Of a stretch of DNA of 64,000 nt, positions 61,629-64,000 are shown piece after piece. The notes under the pieces are model-generated. The model saw only the letters and a list, made by a program, of their open reading frames with translations. It did not search any database and had not been told where the DNA came from. Each line of letters starts with the position of its first letter. Position 1 is the first letter of the stretch. The position numbers and the translations under genes were made by a program. Source of the DNA: Chrysomallon squamiferum (taxonomy: Eukaryota > Animalia > Mollusca); the NCBI GenBank assembly GCA_012295275.1, contig CM022666.1:5022001-5086000 (forward strand). The letters run 5' to 3'.

Positions 61629-64000
61629 CTTTACTTATCTATTTATATATATTATTTGTTGTTGATTATTTCAGAGCTTTTTTACGTAGCTATTGGAATA
61701 GTTTCAGGAACAGTTGTGTTAGTCATAGACATTGGTATCTACTGCTGGTGGAATGTGGAAGTGTTGTTTAATCACAAGTTATTATATGTACATAAAGAGA
61801 ATGAGCTGTGACCGGGCAGTGGTATCATATACTACTGTTTTTTTTCACGATGAATCCTCTGATAAGTTATGTGTAAATTATATCATTAATAATAAATTGT
61901 ACTTTCGTTATAAAACTGCAGATAATGTACGAAATAAAAAACACATGGAGAGAGAGAGAGAGAGAGAGAGAGCATACATATACTAGCAGTAATAAAGGGA
62001 GACAATTCACATAGATTACACAGAGAAACAACGGAACTGGGGAAAGACTGGATGGGCAGAGAAAGAGATAAAAATACAAATAATTACTAATATTTTAAAA
62101 TACGTTTAATATTTGTATTTCATTTAATCGAATTTTCTTAGTAGCTTCAAAGACATGTACTATCATCATCATCATCATTACTGTCATTATTGTTATTATT
62201 ATTATTATAATTATTATTATTGTTTTTATTTTTATTTATTTCTTTCATAGAACTCTATCCGTCTGTTAGTTTTCGACACTTTTCCTATGAAGCAAGCGTT
62301 TATAGAAAAGAAGTGTGATAATCAGATAAATGACTGAAACATATTTTATTTTTGTTGTACTGTTTATTTATTTATTATATACATCAACATTACGTAGACT
62401 AAACTATATATATATATGTAAGCATATGAGTAATTCCTGGATTTTATTCAAAGATAGAGCAGCCTGCACTGTTTTGCGGTGTAGAATTTTATATTACGGT
62501 ATATATTTATGTGGTCTTTAACAGTAAATATGGGGTCAATTAACGGTTAATTAAAAATGTACTTAGTGACGTGGTTAAAGTAAACGATCACTCCATCGCA
62601 TAATATTTACTACATTAGGACAAGCCAAGCGAATCCTGTAACCTATCACGTATTTTTGACAGCAGTGTGTAAATTTCATTCTACGTTGGTGATATTTCCA
62701 TCTCATCTAAACGTAAATACAACGTGCTTGACACTTCAGAGATAATAAAAACTGAAATTATTGTTCTTGGAGTGGACATGACTATGATGATATGTAAGGC
62801 AGATTGCCAGAAATATGAATACAGAAATATTGCTTCACAAAAAGTTGTCGCGTTACTTTCTTCTTATTTCCATAACTTTAAAATGCACGAAATACTACTC
62901 CTTATGGGTTTGTCCAGACAGGCTGAAAACGGAACCATTTTCGTTGTCTACGCTATATTGGATAAAACAGGGCGTTGGGTCGGGGCTAAATATTAGTGAA
63001 ACAAACCAGTTTTTCATACATTTTATTTACGGCTTGGACATAATTTCCAAAAATGTCCACGACTTTCCAAAACGCATTCAAACTTTTATAATAACAGTAT
63101 AACATTCAGGTTATTCCAGTAAACAATCAGTATGTCAAGGTCACTGTATCAAAGAGACGAAAGGGGAGCCATCACGTGATATAAATTTTAGCTTTGTTCA
63201 ATAAATGCGCATGCGTATTAGCAAGAGTTAGGACGCGCAATAGTGTATAGTGTTTTTACTATCATTTACTATCATACTGTGCGCGCGCACACACATATAC
63301 TCTTATACATTTTTTTTTTAGTTTAATTTTAATCATTGTTTTTTTATTATTTACTTTTTTTTTACCATTGTTTTTAATGAATTATATTTTTGCCTTTTTT
63401 TTTTTTTTTCTTCTTTTTCTTGATGTTTTACAAACTTTATTTATTACTGATTATGAAGTAAAATTTATAGCCTGGATGGAAAGCTCAGTTCTAGAAGAAT
63501 GTTATTTATTATTTCTCAGAAACCTTAATCTTAAGAAACACACACACATTCACACACATTTTTAAAGCAGTTTTATGAATGGGTGCACTGTCTTGCAAAT
63601 GACGTTCATGACCTAGTTACTGCTTTGTTAATGAACAGACCTTCAAAAAAATAATAATAAAAATTAAAAAATGTATCGGTGTTCATATTCATTTTCAACA
63701 ACAATAACAACAACAACCACAACAACTGATGTATTTATTTATATCAATAATAGTGCATTCATACTTTCTAAATCCGTCTATTATTAATTCGGTTGACAAC
63801 TTTACCTAGTGACCTGACAACTATTTATAGCTTGGGTGGAAAGCCCAGTGTGTTGCAAAAATATTCTGTAATTTTGTAATTGCAAGCAAGTAACAGAAAA
63901 TTGTCTATTACTTGTTAGTATTCATGACTCACGGGATCCAGTGATACAAATCAGTCCTGGGCAAACTGCCTGGCTTTGTGCACTGCAATACAATGTTTTT

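Overview
AT-rich, microsatellite-dense animal genomic DNA with spliceosomal introns (invertebrate, mollusc-like by inference) and two 200-N scaffold gaps (32211-32410, 59330-59529). The main content is a cluster of TNF-superfamily ligand genes, reconstructed here by hand. Each has a non-coding first exon, then a signal-anchor/TM plus 6-Cys stalk exon, a 37-nt mini-exon, a 108-nt exon ending in the SAHL strand, and a terminal TNF-homology-domain (THD) exon. Copy C (- strand, 56953-55070, 264 aa) is intact. Copy A (+, 15402-17308) has a single in-frame TAG. Copy B (-, 49019-47248) has four upstream lesions but an open, diverged THD exon. Two 5' remnants lie near 21.0 kb and 23.4 kb, and another copy is predicted just past the right end. 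The genes sit in a patchwork of ~1.65-kb duplicated modules, several carrying perfect NF-kB sites (GGGACTTTCC/GGGATTTCC). Module orientation largely flips at the first gap. Also present: exon fragments of a second, unidentified gene, a decayed FLYWCH-MULE transposase, a Tc1/mariner fragment, MITE-like elements, minisatellites and an 84-bp tandem repeat. All family calls come from motif recognition; no database search was run.
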